Below are positions 10,633-20,651 of a stretch of 64,000 nt of DNA, piece after piece. The first letter of the stretch is position 1; every line of letters begins with the position of its first letter. The translations under genes and the position numbers were made by a program. Below the pieces are notes generated by a model that saw nothing but the letters and a program-made list of their open reading frames with translations, was not told the origin of the DNA and did not search any database. Source of the DNA: Spirochaetia bacterium (GTDB lineage: Bacteria > Spirochaetota > Spirochaetia > SZUA-6 > Bin103); assembly GCA_965199955.1 (NCBI GenBank), contig CBDATQ010000002.1:1344001-1408000 (forward strand), in the 5' to 3' direction.

Positions 10633-10785
10633 CTAATCGAACTCGGGGGAGGCGCGGTGGCGGTGAGTCGGGCGCGGCGGTGTCAGCGCATCCGTGCGCG
10701 CTTCGGGGGCGAGGAGCAACTCCTTGATGTCGGGCTTCGCCTGCCTCTCCAAGCGCCGCCACTGATCGATCGGCACCAGGACGGA
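10633..10785 (-). pseudogene. Phd/YefM antitoxin, C-terminal remnant
   Basis: VLVPIDQWRRLERQAKPDIKELLLAPEART..* directly upstream of the VapC remnant. Confidence 0.6.
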
Positions 10786-10854
10786 CTAGTTGCATATCGC
10801 TCGTGTGTAAGCCCCTCTCGGTGGGTGCTGCGCGCCGCGCTATCATCCGCGATC

Positions 10855-11400
10855 ATGCACGTGGTGTTGGTGGGGTACCGGGCTGCCGGCAAGACCACGG
10901 CCGGACGGCTGGTGGCCGCGCGCCTCGGATGGGAGTACCTGGACGTGGACCGCGGCATCGAGGCGCATTGCGGGCTCACCATCGCCGAGATCTTCGGAGG
11001 GCACGGCGAGCCCTATTACCGCGACGTGGAGAGCTCGGTGGTGGCCGAGATGTGCGCGCACGACGACGCGGTGGTCACCTTCGGCGGCGGCACCCTGATG
11101 CGTCCTGTCAACCAGGAGCATGCACGCCGCGACGGCCTGGTGGTCTACCTGGAGGCGGACGCCGGGGAGCTGTGGCGGCGGATCGAGGCGGACCCGGCCA
11201 GCGCCGCCACCCGCCCGAACCTGGCCGGCGGCGGCCTGCAGGAGGTGGTCACGATGCTGGCGCAGCGTGCGCCCGTGTACCGCGCCAACGCCGACCTCAC
11301 CCTGGACGCCACCCTGCCGCCGGAGGAGCTGGCCGACCTCATCATCGGCGCCGTGCGGGATCGGCAGCGCGCCGGGGGGCGCCGGGGCGAACTCGCTTAG
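10855..11400 (+). CDS. aroK: Shikimate kinase
   Basis: VVLVGYRAAGKTTAG, DVD, GEPYYRDVE, FGGG, TRPNL, RAPVY. Confidence 0.9.
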   Translation: MHVVLVGYRAAGKTTAGRLVAARLGWEYLDVDRGIEAHCGLTIAEIFGGHGEPYYRDVESSVVAEMCAHDDAVVTFGGGTLMRPVNQEHARRDGLVVYLEADAGELWRRIEADPASAATRPNLAGGGLQEVVTMLAQRAPVYRANADLTLDATLPPEELADLIIGAVRDRQRAGGRRGELA

Positions 11401-11501
11401 CGCCCCGAAACCGTCGCCTACGGCTCCGCTTTCGGCCCATCCCCACCTTTCGGGTCGGAGTCTGTCGGCCTTCCCGATAGCGCGGCGAATCCGACAGACT
11501 C
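11400..11501. repeat. 102-bp palindromic REP/MITE-like element, copy 1 (between two convergent stop codons)
   Basis: Ungapped match to 50755-50856; stems CCGAAA/TTTCGG and GAGTCTGTCGG/CCGACAGACTC. Confidence 0.85.
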
Positions 11502-12296
11502 TCATACTATGTCGGCCTCGAACGCCTCGACCTCGGCGAAGCGGGTGGTGCCGCGCAGCAGGCGGCCTAGGCGGGGCACGCCGCCGTTGTAGACCTCCAC
11601 CGCGTCGGCGTCGGCGAAGCGCAGGAACAGGATGCGGCGGTGGGTGGCGGACCGGTTGCCTTCCGACTTGTGCAGCATCCAGCAGTGGAAACAGATGGCC
11701 TCGCCCGCCTTCATCGCCACCGGCACGGCGCGACTCTCGTCCGCCTCCAGCTTGATCGGCAGCAGGGCCGCCTTCTCCTCCGGGTTCTGCGGGTCGGCCT
11801 GTCCCTGGCGGTGGCTGCCGGGGATCAGCCACAGGCAGCCGTTCTCGACGTCCGCGTCGTCGAGCGCGGTCAGGCAGGTCACCGCCGTGTACGGGTCCAG
11901 CTCGCCGTAGGCGTTGTCCTGGTGCCAGTGAAACGGCATCGTGTTGCCGCGCATCTTGAAGGTGAGCTGCGAGGTGGCGCCCTTCACATTCGGGCCGATG
12001 ATCTGGCCGGCGATGTCCACTGGGGGACCGTGGAAGTAGTAGCGGCGGACCGTCTCCGAACGGTGATGGATGTCGCTCAGAAGGGAATTCGCAAGCCACG
12101 TGGCGTCCGGGTCGAACGGCCCCTTCTCTGCCTCCCAGGCGGTCATCGCCTCGGCCTGCATCCGTTCCAGCCCCTGGTCGGTCAGGGTGCGCCCCAGGCG
12201 CAAGAACCCGTCCCGGTCGAAGGTGTCGAGGTCCTCGCCGGTGAGCGTTCGATAGTTGAACAGCTCGGGGTGCCGCTCCGGGATCAGCCTCGCCAT
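11502..12296 (-). CDS. PhyH family dioxygenase
   Basis: FDRDGFL, WHQDNAY, ENGCLWLIPGSH, MLHKSEGN. Confidence 0.9.
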   Translation of the reverse strand: MARLIPERHPELFNYRTLTGEDLDTFDRDGFLRLGRTLTDQGLERMQAEAMTAWEAEKGPFDPDATWLANSLLSDIHHRSETVRRYYFHGPPVDIAGQIIGPNVKGATSQLTFKMRGNTMPFHWHQDNAYGELDPYTAVTCLTALDDADVENGCLWLIPGSHRQGQADPQNPEEKAALLPIKLEADESRAVPVAMKAGEAICFHCWMLHKSEGNRSATHRRILFLRFADADAVEVYNGGVPRLGRLLRGTTRFAEVEAFEADIV

Positions 12297-12336
12297 GTCT
12301 CGCGCCTCCGTTCCGTGGAGTATACCCTCAGCCCGC

Positions 12337-13136
12337 ATGGAGACGGTGGAGATCGGGATCGAGTCGCCGCGGGCGCTCGTCGGGCAGCGCATCACCGGGG
12401 AGGGGTGCCGGTGGGCGTGGCGGAGCCGGAAGGCATGGCGCCCGGCGGCTCGAGCTGTACGACGCGCACCGTGCTGGAGCTGGACGACGGATCGCTGCTG
12501 CTGGGCGTCGGCTCGACCGGCACCCCGTATCTCTGGCGCAGCCGCGACGGCGGCGCGACCTGGCCGGAGCGGCACCCGGCGGTGATCGAGGAGCTCGGCC
12601 GCGACTACCCGTTTCCGTTCCTGGGCGAGGCGGTCTGGTGGCAGGCGCCGTCGGGCCGCATCCTGGTCCTGGCCCGGCTCGATTCTGCGCATGCGGGGCG
12701 GTTCGCGGTCGAGGTCGACGACCCGGAGTTCGGCCGCTCGGACAACGTGGACCGGTTGATCCTCTACGGCTCGGACGACCGGGGGCGCACGTTCCGGCCG
12801 CTTGAAGCTTTCGGAAGACCAGGCGAGATGTACCCGGCGATCCTCAGGCTCGCCGACGGGCGGCTGCTGCTCACCTTCACTGTGCGGGCGCTGCACCGGC
12901 CGCTCGGCGTGCGCGCCGTGGTGGGCCGGGAGACGCACGACGGCTTCGCGTTCGGTCTCCGCAACGACCGCCTGATGCTGGACGTCCAGACCGCGCCCGG
13001 CGTCTACTCCGGCGGCGGCTTCGGCCGCACGGTGCAGTTGGACGACGGCATGCTGGTCACCAGCTTCTCGTGGCGCGACGCGGAGTTCGTCGTGCACAGC
13101 GAGGTGGTCCGCTGGCGGCTGCCGCCGGCCGGCTGA
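12337..13136 (+). pseudogene. BNR/sialidase family protein with N-terminal deletion/frameshift near 12400
   Basis: Start METVEIGIESPRALVG is out of frame with the body carrying SRDGGATW and SDDRGRTF Asp-boxes. Confidence 0.65.
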
Positions 13137-13146
13137 CCCGCTCGGC

Positions 13147-14490
13147 TCAGGCCAGCAACTCGTCGATCACCGCGCCGACGACGCCCACCGCTTCTTCCAG
13201 CGCCTCGGCGTCGATCACCAGCGGCGGCGCGATCCGGTAGAAGCCGCCGCCGGTGATGAAGCTCATCAGGCCGCGCCGCACGCACTCCATGGCGACCTGG
13301 TCGCCCAGCTCGAACGCCTGCTCGCCCGAGTCGGGGTCGCGGAAGTGGATGGCGTGCCACAGGCCGCGGCCGTCGATTTGCCTGATCCGGTCGGGGTGTC
13401 GCTCGCGGATCGGCCGCAGCCACGCCGCCAGCCGCTCCCCGAGGTCGGCTGACCGCCGCACCAGGTCCTCGTCCTCGAACACGTCCAGGTTGGCCAGGGC
13501 GGCGGCCATGCAGACCGGGTTGCCGCCGTGGGTGCTGGACATCTCGCCCGGCGGGGCCAGGTCCAGGATGTGCGCACGCCCCTTGACCACCGACACCGGC
13601 AGGCTGGAGCTCACCCCCTTGCCCATGGCGATCAGGTCGGGGGTGATGCCGTAGTGCTCGTGGGCGAACAGCCGCCCGGTGCGGCCCCAGCCGACCTGGA
13701 CCTCGTCGACCGCCACCAGCACCGAGTGCTCGGCAGCCCACGCCATCAGCTCGTCGACGTAATCCTGGGGATAGGGGGTGGTGGTCATGCTCGCCATCGA
13801 CTCGAAGATGATGCCGGCGGTCTTGGCCGGGTCCACTTCGTGCTCGGACAGGTCGGCATGGAATCCTTGCGACGCCGGGCCCCCGGGCATCGGAAGCTGG
13901 GTCTGGTACACCCGGTCGCGCTGGATGGCGTCGATCGTCCCCGGCTGCCCGCCGGCGAATCGGGCCCCCAGGGTACGGCCGAAGAAGGTGCCTGAGAACG
14001 ACAGGATGCCGACCTTTGCGGGCGAGATCGACAGGCCGTGCCGGCGCATCAGGGTCAAACAGCACTCGTTGGCCTCGGTGCCGGAACAGAAGGCGATCGC
14101 CTTGTCGAGCTCGCGCGGCGGCAGGGCGGCCACCCGCTCGATCAGGCGTGAGCGGACATCCGACGGAAACGCATAGGTGAACAGCAGTTCCCGGTCGAGC
14201 TGCTCGTGCACGGCCTTGACGATGCGCGGGTGGGCGTGGCCGGCGTTGGCCGCGGCGGCGCCCGAGGTCAGGTCGATGAAGCGGTTGCCGTACGGGTCCT
14301 CGACCTGGAAGCCGCGCGCCCGCTGCCAGATGACCGGCGGCAACCCGGCCATGGACCGCGGCTCCGCGGCGCGCAGCCGCTCGATCGCGGGAATCGAGTC
14401 CGGCACGGGAATCGGCGTCGCAATCCGCCGGAACCGGGTGTCGACCGGATCGGTCGGTACGGGCGTAAGAGCGCTGACCTGCATTGCCAT
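13147..14490 (-). CDS. Class-III PLP-dependent aminotransferase
   Basis: GHAHP, SGTEANE, DEVQVGWGRTG, PDLIAMGKG, STHGGNP. Confidence 0.93.
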   Translation of the reverse strand: MAMQVSALTPVPTDPVDTRFRRIATPIPVPDSIPAIERLRAAEPRSMAGLPPVIWQRARGFQVEDPYGNRFIDLTSGAAAANAGHAHPRIVKAVHEQLDRELLFTYAFPSDVRSRLIERVAALPPRELDKAIAFCSGTEANECCLTLMRRHGLSISPAKVGILSFSGTFFGRTLGARFAGGQPGTIDAIQRDRVYQTQLPMPGGPASQGFHADLSEHEVDPAKTAGIIFESMASMTTTPYPQDYVDELMAWAAEHSVLVAVDEVQVGWGRTGRLFAHEHYGITPDLIAMGKGVSSSLPVSVVKGRAHILDLAPPGEMSSTHGGNPVCMAAALANLDVFEDEDLVRRSADLGERLAAWLRPIRERHPDRIRQIDGRGLWHAIHFRDPDSGEQAFELGDQVAMECVRRGLMSFITGGGFYRIAPPLVIDAEALEEAVGVVGAVIDELLA

Positions 14491-14615
14491 GGGTCGTCCT
14501 CCGCAAGGTCTGACATCGCATCCATCGGCCGGGCCGGCGGCGGTGCCACATCGACGCGTGTCCCGCTCAATCTACCGTATACTCGATCTACCGAACACCG
14601 TGCCGAGGTGCCCGC

Positions 14616-16373
14616 ATGCCATCCACCTATCCGCAGATTCCCTACGGCTGGGCCGACTTCGAGGCGATACGGACCGAGCGCTGCCTGTACGTCGACAAGA
14701 CGCGCTTTCTGCACGAGCTGGAGAGCGAGCGCTACGCCTTTCTGATCCGTCCGCGCCGATTCGGCAAGTCGTGCTGGGTGTCGCTGCTGGAGAGCTACTA
14801 CGACCGCAACCGCGCCGATCGGTTCGAGACGCTGTTCGCCGGCACCGACATCGCGCGGCGGCCGACGCCGAACCGACACCGCTACGTCATCCTGCGCTTC
14901 GACTTCTCGGCGTTCGACGACACCCTGGAGACCCTGCGGGAACGGTTCGAGACCTACTGCCTCATCAAGCTGCGCGGCGCGCTGGAGCGGAACCGGGATC
15001 TGTTCCCGGAACCGGCGATCGACGGGATCCTCGCCCATCCCTCGATCGACGGCAAGCTGAACCAACTGTTCGAGTACGCCGGAGAGCACGCCATCCCGCT
15101 GTACGTGTTGATCGACGAGTACGACAACTTCGCCAACACCATACTCGCGTATCGCGGGGCGGAGGCATATCACTCCTTCACCCACGGCGGCGGCTTCTAC
15201 CGCACCTTTTTCGCCACCTTGAAGAGCGGCGCCGGCCAGGGCGGCGGCATCGAGCGGCTGTTCATCACCGGCGTGTCGCCGATCACCATGGACGACGTGA
15301 CCTCTGGCTTCAACATCGGGACGAACGTCAGCCTGCATCGGAGATTCAACGAGGTGCTCGGCTTCACCGAGGCGGAAGTGCGCGGCATTCTGCACACCTA
15401 CCGGGACCACGGCGTGCTCGACCAGGACGTGGACGAGGCCATGGCAGTGATGGGCGAGTGGTACAATGGCTACCGCTTCGCCAAGGATGCGCCAAACGCT
15501 CTCTACAACACCGACATGGTGCTCTACTACGTGAAGTGGTCGATTCCGAACGAAGCGCCGCCGGACGACCTGATCGACACCAACGTGCGCATCGACTACG
15601 GCAAGCTGCGTCATCTGCTGGTGACCGGCCGGCGTCTCAACGGCAACTTCGACCTGCTCCGGCACGTCATCGCGGAAGGCCGGGCCGAATCCCCGATCCA
15701 GGCCGGCTTTCCTTTGTCACGCCTCACCCGGCGGGAGAACTTCCTGTCACTGATGCACTACTTCGGACTCCTGAGCATCCGCGGCATGGCGCGGGGGATG
15801 CCGCGCCTGGGCATCCCCAACCAGACCGTGAAGCGGCTGGTGTACGGCTACCTGCGCGATGCCTGGGACGACATGGGCGTGTTCTCGGTGGATTTCTATG
15901 ACCTGCTCCGGCTGACCGGCGACATGGCCTACGAGGGCGCATGGCGGCCGGTGGTCGAGTATCTGAGCGGCGCCGTGGCTCGGCAGACGGGGATTCGCGA
16001 CTACATCGACGGCGAGAAGGTGGTGCAGGCATTCTTCGCCGCGTACCTCGGGTTGACGGACCACTTCGTGCTGCATTCCGAGCAGGAGTTGAACAAGGGG
16101 TACGCGGATCTGTACCTGGAGCCGTTCACGGCCCGCCACCCGGACATCGGCTACGGCTACGTGATCGAGTTCAAGTACGTGAAGCGGGGCGAGAAGCTGG
16201 ACGAATCGCGGACGATGGCGTCCGCGCAGGAGTCCATGGACCAACTGCGAGGGTACCTGGCAGACGAAGGACTGAGACGAAGCGCGGGCGTCCGGCACCT
16301 GGGGCTGTCGGTGGTGTTCCATGGCTGGGAATTGGTGTGGTGTGATGCGGTGGAACCGCCCCGATCGGACTGA
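14616..16373 (+). CDS. AAA-ATPase-like protein with C-terminal PD-(D/E)XK nuclease domain
   Basis: YVDKT, RPRRFGKS, LIDEYD, FITGV, WYNGYRF; C-term GYADL..VIEFKY. Confidence 0.9.
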   Translation: MPSTYPQIPYGWADFEAIRTERCLYVDKTRFLHELESERYAFLIRPRRFGKSCWVSLLESYYDRNRADRFETLFAGTDIARRPTPNRHRYVILRFDFSAFDDTLETLRERFETYCLIKLRGALERNRDLFPEPAIDGILAHPSIDGKLNQLFEYAGEHAIPLYVLIDEYDNFANTILAYRGAEAYHSFTHGGGFYRTFFATLKSGAGQGGGIERLFITGVSPITMDDVTSGFNIGTNVSLHRRFNEVLGFTEAEVRGILHTYRDHGVLDQDVDEAMAVMGEWYNGYRFAKDAPNALYNTDMVLYYVKWSIPNEAPPDDLIDTNVRIDYGKLRHLLVTGRRLNGNFDLLRHVIAEGRAESPIQAGFPLSRLTRRENFLSLMHYFGLLSIRGMARGMPRLGIPNQTVKRLVYGYLRDAWDDMGVFSVDFYDLLRLTGDMAYEGAWRPVVEYLSGAVARQTGIRDYIDGEKVVQAFFAAYLGLTDHFVLHSEQELNKGYADLYLEPFTARHPDIGYGYVIEFKYVKRGEKLDESRTMASAQESMDQLRGYLADEGLRRSAGVRHLGLSVVFHGWELVWCDAVEPPRSD

Positions 16374-16412
16374 CGACCGTACGCGGAGCCCGATGCGACG
16401 ATTTCCGGGGCG

Positions 16413-17329
16413 ATGCAGCGCGACTGGGTGACCGAGGGGTTCGAGGCCTTCCGCGCCGGCACTTTCGGCTCCGGCGGGCAGAACCTGTATGTGTCACGCG
16501 CGGGCTTGCTGCAGCGCATCCACCAGTTCGACGTGGGCGGGGACGGCCACCTGGACCTGCTGTTCTGCAACAGCCAGGACCACTGGGAGCGGCCGCCGGC
16601 CTACGTACTCGACGGGCGTGACGGCTACGCATGATCGGAGTTGCCGGCCGGCGACTTCGACGGCGACGGCCGCCCGGACCTGGCGTTCGCGTGCACGACG
16701 GAGCAGGGCGCCGGTCGCGTGCGCGTCTTCCGTCAGACCGAGCTGGGATTCGAGCCGAAGCGGTTCGCCGACACCGGCATCCGCGCCGTGCAGCTCTGCG
16801 CCGCCGACCTGGACGGCGACGGCGCGGTCGACGTGGTCGTGGCGTGCAAGGGTGAGACGCGGGAAGCGTCATTGGTGTTCTGGGCGCGCCCCGGCGGCGG
16901 GTTCGAGGCGGAGCCGGCGGTGCTCGCCTCGAGCGGCGCGTGCGACGTGGCGATCGCGGACCTGGACGGCGACGGGCGGCCCGAGGTGGTGATCTGCCAG
17001 CACAAGAGCGACGCGTCCTTCACCACCGAGTCGCTGGTGTACGCGTGCAGCGCGGGGCGGCGCTTCGGTCCCGCGCGGCCCCTGGTCAGCCATGACGCCC
17101 GCCGCTGCCTGGTGGGGCGGCCCGACGGAGGGCATCCTCGCCTGGTCCTGATCAACCACTTCGCTCGCACCAGCCGGGACGACGTGCCGATCTACGTGTA
17201 CCGGGGCGGGGGCGGGGACGAGGGCTACGCGTCCGAGCGGCGCCTGGAGGTCGTGGCGTCGGGCGCGCCGTGCTCGGCAAGACCACGCCGCGCGTGCACC
17301 GCGTCACCCTCCTCTACGACGTTGGCTGA
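16413..17329 (+). pseudogene. FG-GAP/VCBS-repeat protein, fragmented
   Basis: Repeated D-x-D-G-D-G-x-x-D motifs in different frames; N-term at 16413; probable C-term TPRVHRVTLLYDVG* ending 17329. Confidence 0.7.
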
Positions 17330-17404
17330 CTGCGAGGGACACCGGGCGCAGCCGGGAGCGCGAGCGTGTACAGCCTGATCTGCGGATGTCGTTGTGCAAG
17401 GTGC

Positions 17405-17434
17405 TTGCGCGTGCAACACGTCGTGTAGCATAAT
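17405..17434 (+). promoter_or_regulatory. Putative higBA promoter with overlapping palindromic operator
   Basis: TTGCGC-18nt-CATAAT; imperfect palindrome TGCAACACG-T-CGTGTAGCA at 17412-17430. Confidence 0.55.
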
Positions 17435-17444
17435 CTGGATCCAT

Positions 17445-17717
17445 TTGAGAGTCGCGCACAAGGGGCTACGCAGGTTGTTCGAGCGCGACGACACCCGCCT
17501 GCTGAATCCCGACCATGTCGGGCGGATTCGCCGGGTGCTGTCCGACCTTGAATTCGCACGACGGCCGCAGGACCTGGACTGGCCGGGATACCGGTTGCAT
17601 GCACTCGGTGGCGATCTGCGTGGCTACTGGGCGGTGCGAATCTCAGGCAACTGGCGGATCGTCTTTCGCTTCGCGGACGGCGAGGCCGTAGACGTGGATC
17701 TCGTCGACTACCATTAG
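17445..17717 (+). CDS. higB: HigB toxin (RelE/ParE superfamily)
   Basis: HKGLRRLFE..PGYRLHAL.GDLRGYWAVRISGNWRIVFRF..DVDLVDYH; TTG start inferred. Confidence 0.9.
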   Translation: MRVAHKGLRRLFERDDTRLLNPDHVGRIRRVLSDLEFARRPQDLDWPGYRLHALGGDLRGYWAVRISGNWRIVFRFADGEAVDVDLVDYH

Positions 17718-17729
17718 TGAGGAGCCAAC

Positions 17730-17990
17730 ATGGCCATGTACAATCCGACCCATCCGGGCGAGAGCATTCGCGAGGCTATCGTGGCCTCGGAATGGACGGT
17801 GACCGAGGCGGCCAAGCGGCTCGGCGTGGCGCGCAACACGCTTTCGCGGTTGGTGAACGGCCATATCGGCATTTCGCCAGCGATGGCATTGGCTCTGGAG
17901 AGCATCGGTTGGAGCAACGCCGACTTCTGGATGCGCCGGCAGGCCGGCTACGATCTGGCGCAGGCGCGGCGCGCACGGGCGGCAGCGTAG
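17730..17990 (+). CDS. higA: HigA antitoxin (HTH)
   Basis: MYNPTHPGE, TVTEAAKRLGVARNTLSRLVNG..ISPAMA, FWMRRQAGYDL. Confidence 0.92.
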   Translation: MAMYNPTHPGESIREAIVASEWTVTEAAKRLGVARNTLSRLVNGHIGISPAMALALESIGWSNADFWMRRQAGYDLAQARRARAAA

Positions 17991-17999
17991 CTCCCGCCC

Positions 18000-18434
18000 C
18001 TACAGGGGCGTGTTTCCCACCTCGGCGATCCACTGCCGGGTCCACTCGACGGCCGGCAGGCCCATGTCGCAGATGCAGCTCGCCAGGAAGATCATCCCCT
18101 CGATGCGGCCCTGGCGGAGCCACTCCAGCCCCCGGACGCACTGCTGCTCCATCAGGTCCACGGGAATCGGCTGTCGGTCGCCGTAGTCCCACAGGTAGCA
18201 GCCCAGCACCTTGCGGGAGCCGGGCGCCAGCTCCTCCAGCCGGCCGAAGCTCTCCTCCTGCGCGGTCAGGTCGCGGGCGTTCCAGGTCCAGAAGTTGACG
18301 ACGTCGCACTGCTCCAGGTGCTCCCGCACCGGACGCTGCAACTGGTGCTGGTAGAGGACGACCCACAGGTCCAGCGGCCGCTCCGCCGAGCGGAGGAGCT
18401 CGCGGAGGCCGCGCAGCTCGTCCGGGGTGTGCAC
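18000..18434 (-). pseudogene. C-terminal part of a hypothetical protein, same family as 56980-57792
   Basis: LGCYLWDYG..GMIFLASCICDMGL aligns with LMCIYVYDFG..GVVILGTCMLDLDW; 5' half absent. Confidence 0.6.
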
Positions 18435-18436
18435 GG

Positions 18437-18541
18437 CCGTCTCCGGGCGGCACGCGGGTGGTGTACACCTCCGACCACACCGGCACCAGCCAGGTGTACG
18501 TGGTCGAGATCCCGGAAGCCCTGCTCAGTCCCAGGGCCTGA
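18437..18541 (+). pseudogene. TolB/PD40-like propeller, C-terminal remnant
   Basis: PSPGGTRVVYTSDHTGTSQVYVVEIP..*. Confidence 0.5.
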
Positions 18542-19140
18542 AGCCGATCAGGCGCTGACCCAGCTCGGTCAGCTCGGCCTGCGGCTGCCGCTTCTCGCGG
18601 CCGCGGGGGTCGCCCTGCGGGTTGGCGATCGGCATGCGCTCCTCGTAGGCGTAGCGGCGGGTCTGCATCTCCTGGTCGGCCGGCTGGGCCTTGCGCCACT
18701 CCGGGAACACCTTGTGGAAGCCGGGGATGCAGCGGAACCCGCCCTGGTTGGCAGCGGTATCGGTGAGATAGAGCACGCCCTGCACCTGGAACGGACCGGG
18801 TCCAGGGTGGTGTCGCAGTCCCAGTGGATCCCGGACGGGGCCGACCACTCCGGCAGGTCGGCGCGCGCCGGCGGCATCATGTTGACCCGGTCGTAGGTCA
18901 CCCAGAGCCGCCGCTCGCCGAGCAGCTCGGCGAAGATCTGGTAGATGCGCGGGTGTTGGCGGATGTCCCAGAGCGCCTGATGGTGGTAGAAATCGACGAT
19001 GCCGACGGCGGAGATGGGCGACCGCCAGAAGCCGCCGCCGCGGGGGCGGTACCCGTACCAGGTGCCTTGTCGTCCGGATCCATCTCCAGGAACTCCCAGA
19101 TCGCCGCGATCGCCGAGTCCAGGTTCTCCCGGGGCACGGC
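18525..19140 (-). pseudogene. PhyH family dioxygenase, fragmented
   Basis: AIWEFLEMDPDD / YHHQALWDIRQHPRIY / IHWD / VQGVLYLTDTAANQGGFRCIPGFH in shifting frames. Confidence 0.72.
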
Positions 19141-19268
19141 ATTGGGGCGCGGTGGTCAGCTTCGCAGCTCCACGCGCCGATCATCCAATGTGAGAACACC
19201 GGTGGACGCCGCCATACGACCCGAAACCGGCCCTCGCAGCATGCCCGCACCCGCGATGGCCGGCGGCG

Positions 19269-20639
19269 GTGACGGTCGCCGTCGCCGCGGCGGTCGTGAT
19301 GGGACTCGCCGTTCCCGCCTGCTACGCACAGGAGCGGGCGGTGCTGTCGTTGCGCGCCGCGGCGGAGCGGGCGCTGGCCGCCAGCGCGCAGCTCCGGGCG
19401 GCGGGGGCGGCCGTGCGCGTCGCCGAGGAGCGGACCCGTGAAGCGCACGGCGGGGTGTTGCCCCAGGTCTCGGCGGAGACCTCCTACGTCGGATCGTTCG
19501 GTGCGCGACCGCCGACCGGCGCCACCGTCCCCGACCATATCGTGGCCGCGTCGCTCCGGGTCGATCAGGCCGTGCTTGATGTTCCCGCGTTCCGGGCCCT
19601 CGATGCCGCCGAGCGGCAACAGCGTCTGCGTGGCGAGGAGCTGCGCGGGGCGGCCCACGCGCTGGTGGACGAGGTGCGGCAGCGCTACTTCGACGCCCTG
19701 CTGGCACGGGAAGAGGAGCGGCTGACCGCGCAGAGCATCGTCCGCCTGCAACAGACCCTGAGCGACACGCAGGCGCGCCACCGCGAGGGTTTCGCGACCG
19801 ACGACGAGTTGCTGCGCCTGCAGGTCCAGTTCGCCAACCTGGAGGTGGAGCTGCAGCGCGTCCGCACCGATTTCGCCGTCGCGCGCGGCACGCTCCTGGT
19901 GGCGATGGGCGAAGACCCCCTGCAGCCCGTGGCGCTGCAGGGTGACCTGGGCGCGCTGCATCTGGCCGCGATGGAGCGCAACGGTCCGGCCAACGCGGAT
20001 CTGCTGGCGGCGTCCGGTGCCGCCCGGCTGGCGGCCGCCGACGAGGAACAGCTCCGGCTGGACGCCATGACCCACCGCTCCGACCTCCGTCAGCTCCGCA
20101 CGATCCACCAGCTCGACGAGCTGCAGATCCGGATTCAGGAAGCCGAGTACCTGCCCACCATCCGCGCCTTCGGGAGCGTCGACGTCAATCCGCGGTGGCA
20201 GGTGTCGGCGTCGGCCGGCGTGGCGCTGCGGTGGCAGCTCTTCGACGGCTTCAGCCGTGACGCGCGGGTCGAGCAGCGCCGGGAGGAGCTGCGCCGGACG
20301 ACCGCCCGCATGCAGCACGCGGAACTGGTGATGCTCAGCCAGGTGCATGCGCATGCGGCGTCGATGCGGGAAGCGAGCGCCCGTGCCGCCAGTCAGGCTC
20401 GTTCGGTCGAGCAGGCGCAGGCCGGCTACGAGATCGCCGTCCTGCGTTTCCGCGCGGGGGTCGGCGCCCAGCTCGACGTGATCGCCGCCGAGTCGGTCCT
20501 GCGCCAGTCGCAGTTCGGTTACGCGCGCGCGGTGTACGATTACCTGTCTGCCGCCTCGCGGCTCGAGGTTGTCACCGGCGTGGTGCCGCTCTCCGATGCC
20601 GCCCTCGGCGGCGCGCGAGTCGGCGCGGGCGAAAGGTGA
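19269..20639 (+). CDS. TolC-family outer membrane efflux protein
   Basis: Hydrophobic N-term; LPQVS, YFDALLA, LRWQLFDGF, RFRAGVGAQLDV motifs; start uncertain. Confidence 0.85.
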   Translation: MTVAVAAAVVMGLAVPACYAQERAVLSLRAAAERALAASAQLRAAGAAVRVAEERTREAHGGVLPQVSAETSYVGSFGARPPTGATVPDHIVAASLRVDQAVLDVPAFRALDAAERQQRLRGEELRGAAHALVDEVRQRYFDALLAREEERLTAQSIVRLQQTLSDTQARHREGFATDDELLRLQVQFANLEVELQRVRTDFAVARGTLLVAMGEDPLQPVALQGDLGALHLAAMERNGPANADLLAASGAARLAAADEEQLRLDAMTHRSDLRQLRTIHQLDELQIRIQEAEYLPTIRAFGSVDVNPRWQVSASAGVALRWQLFDGFSRDARVEQRREELRRTTARMQHAELVMLSQVHAHAASMREASARAASQARSVEQAQAGYEIAVLRFRAGVGAQLDVIAAESVLRQSQFGYARAVYDYLSAASRLEVVTGVVPLSDAALGGARVGAGER

Positions 20640-20651
20640 GAACGGGGGCCG

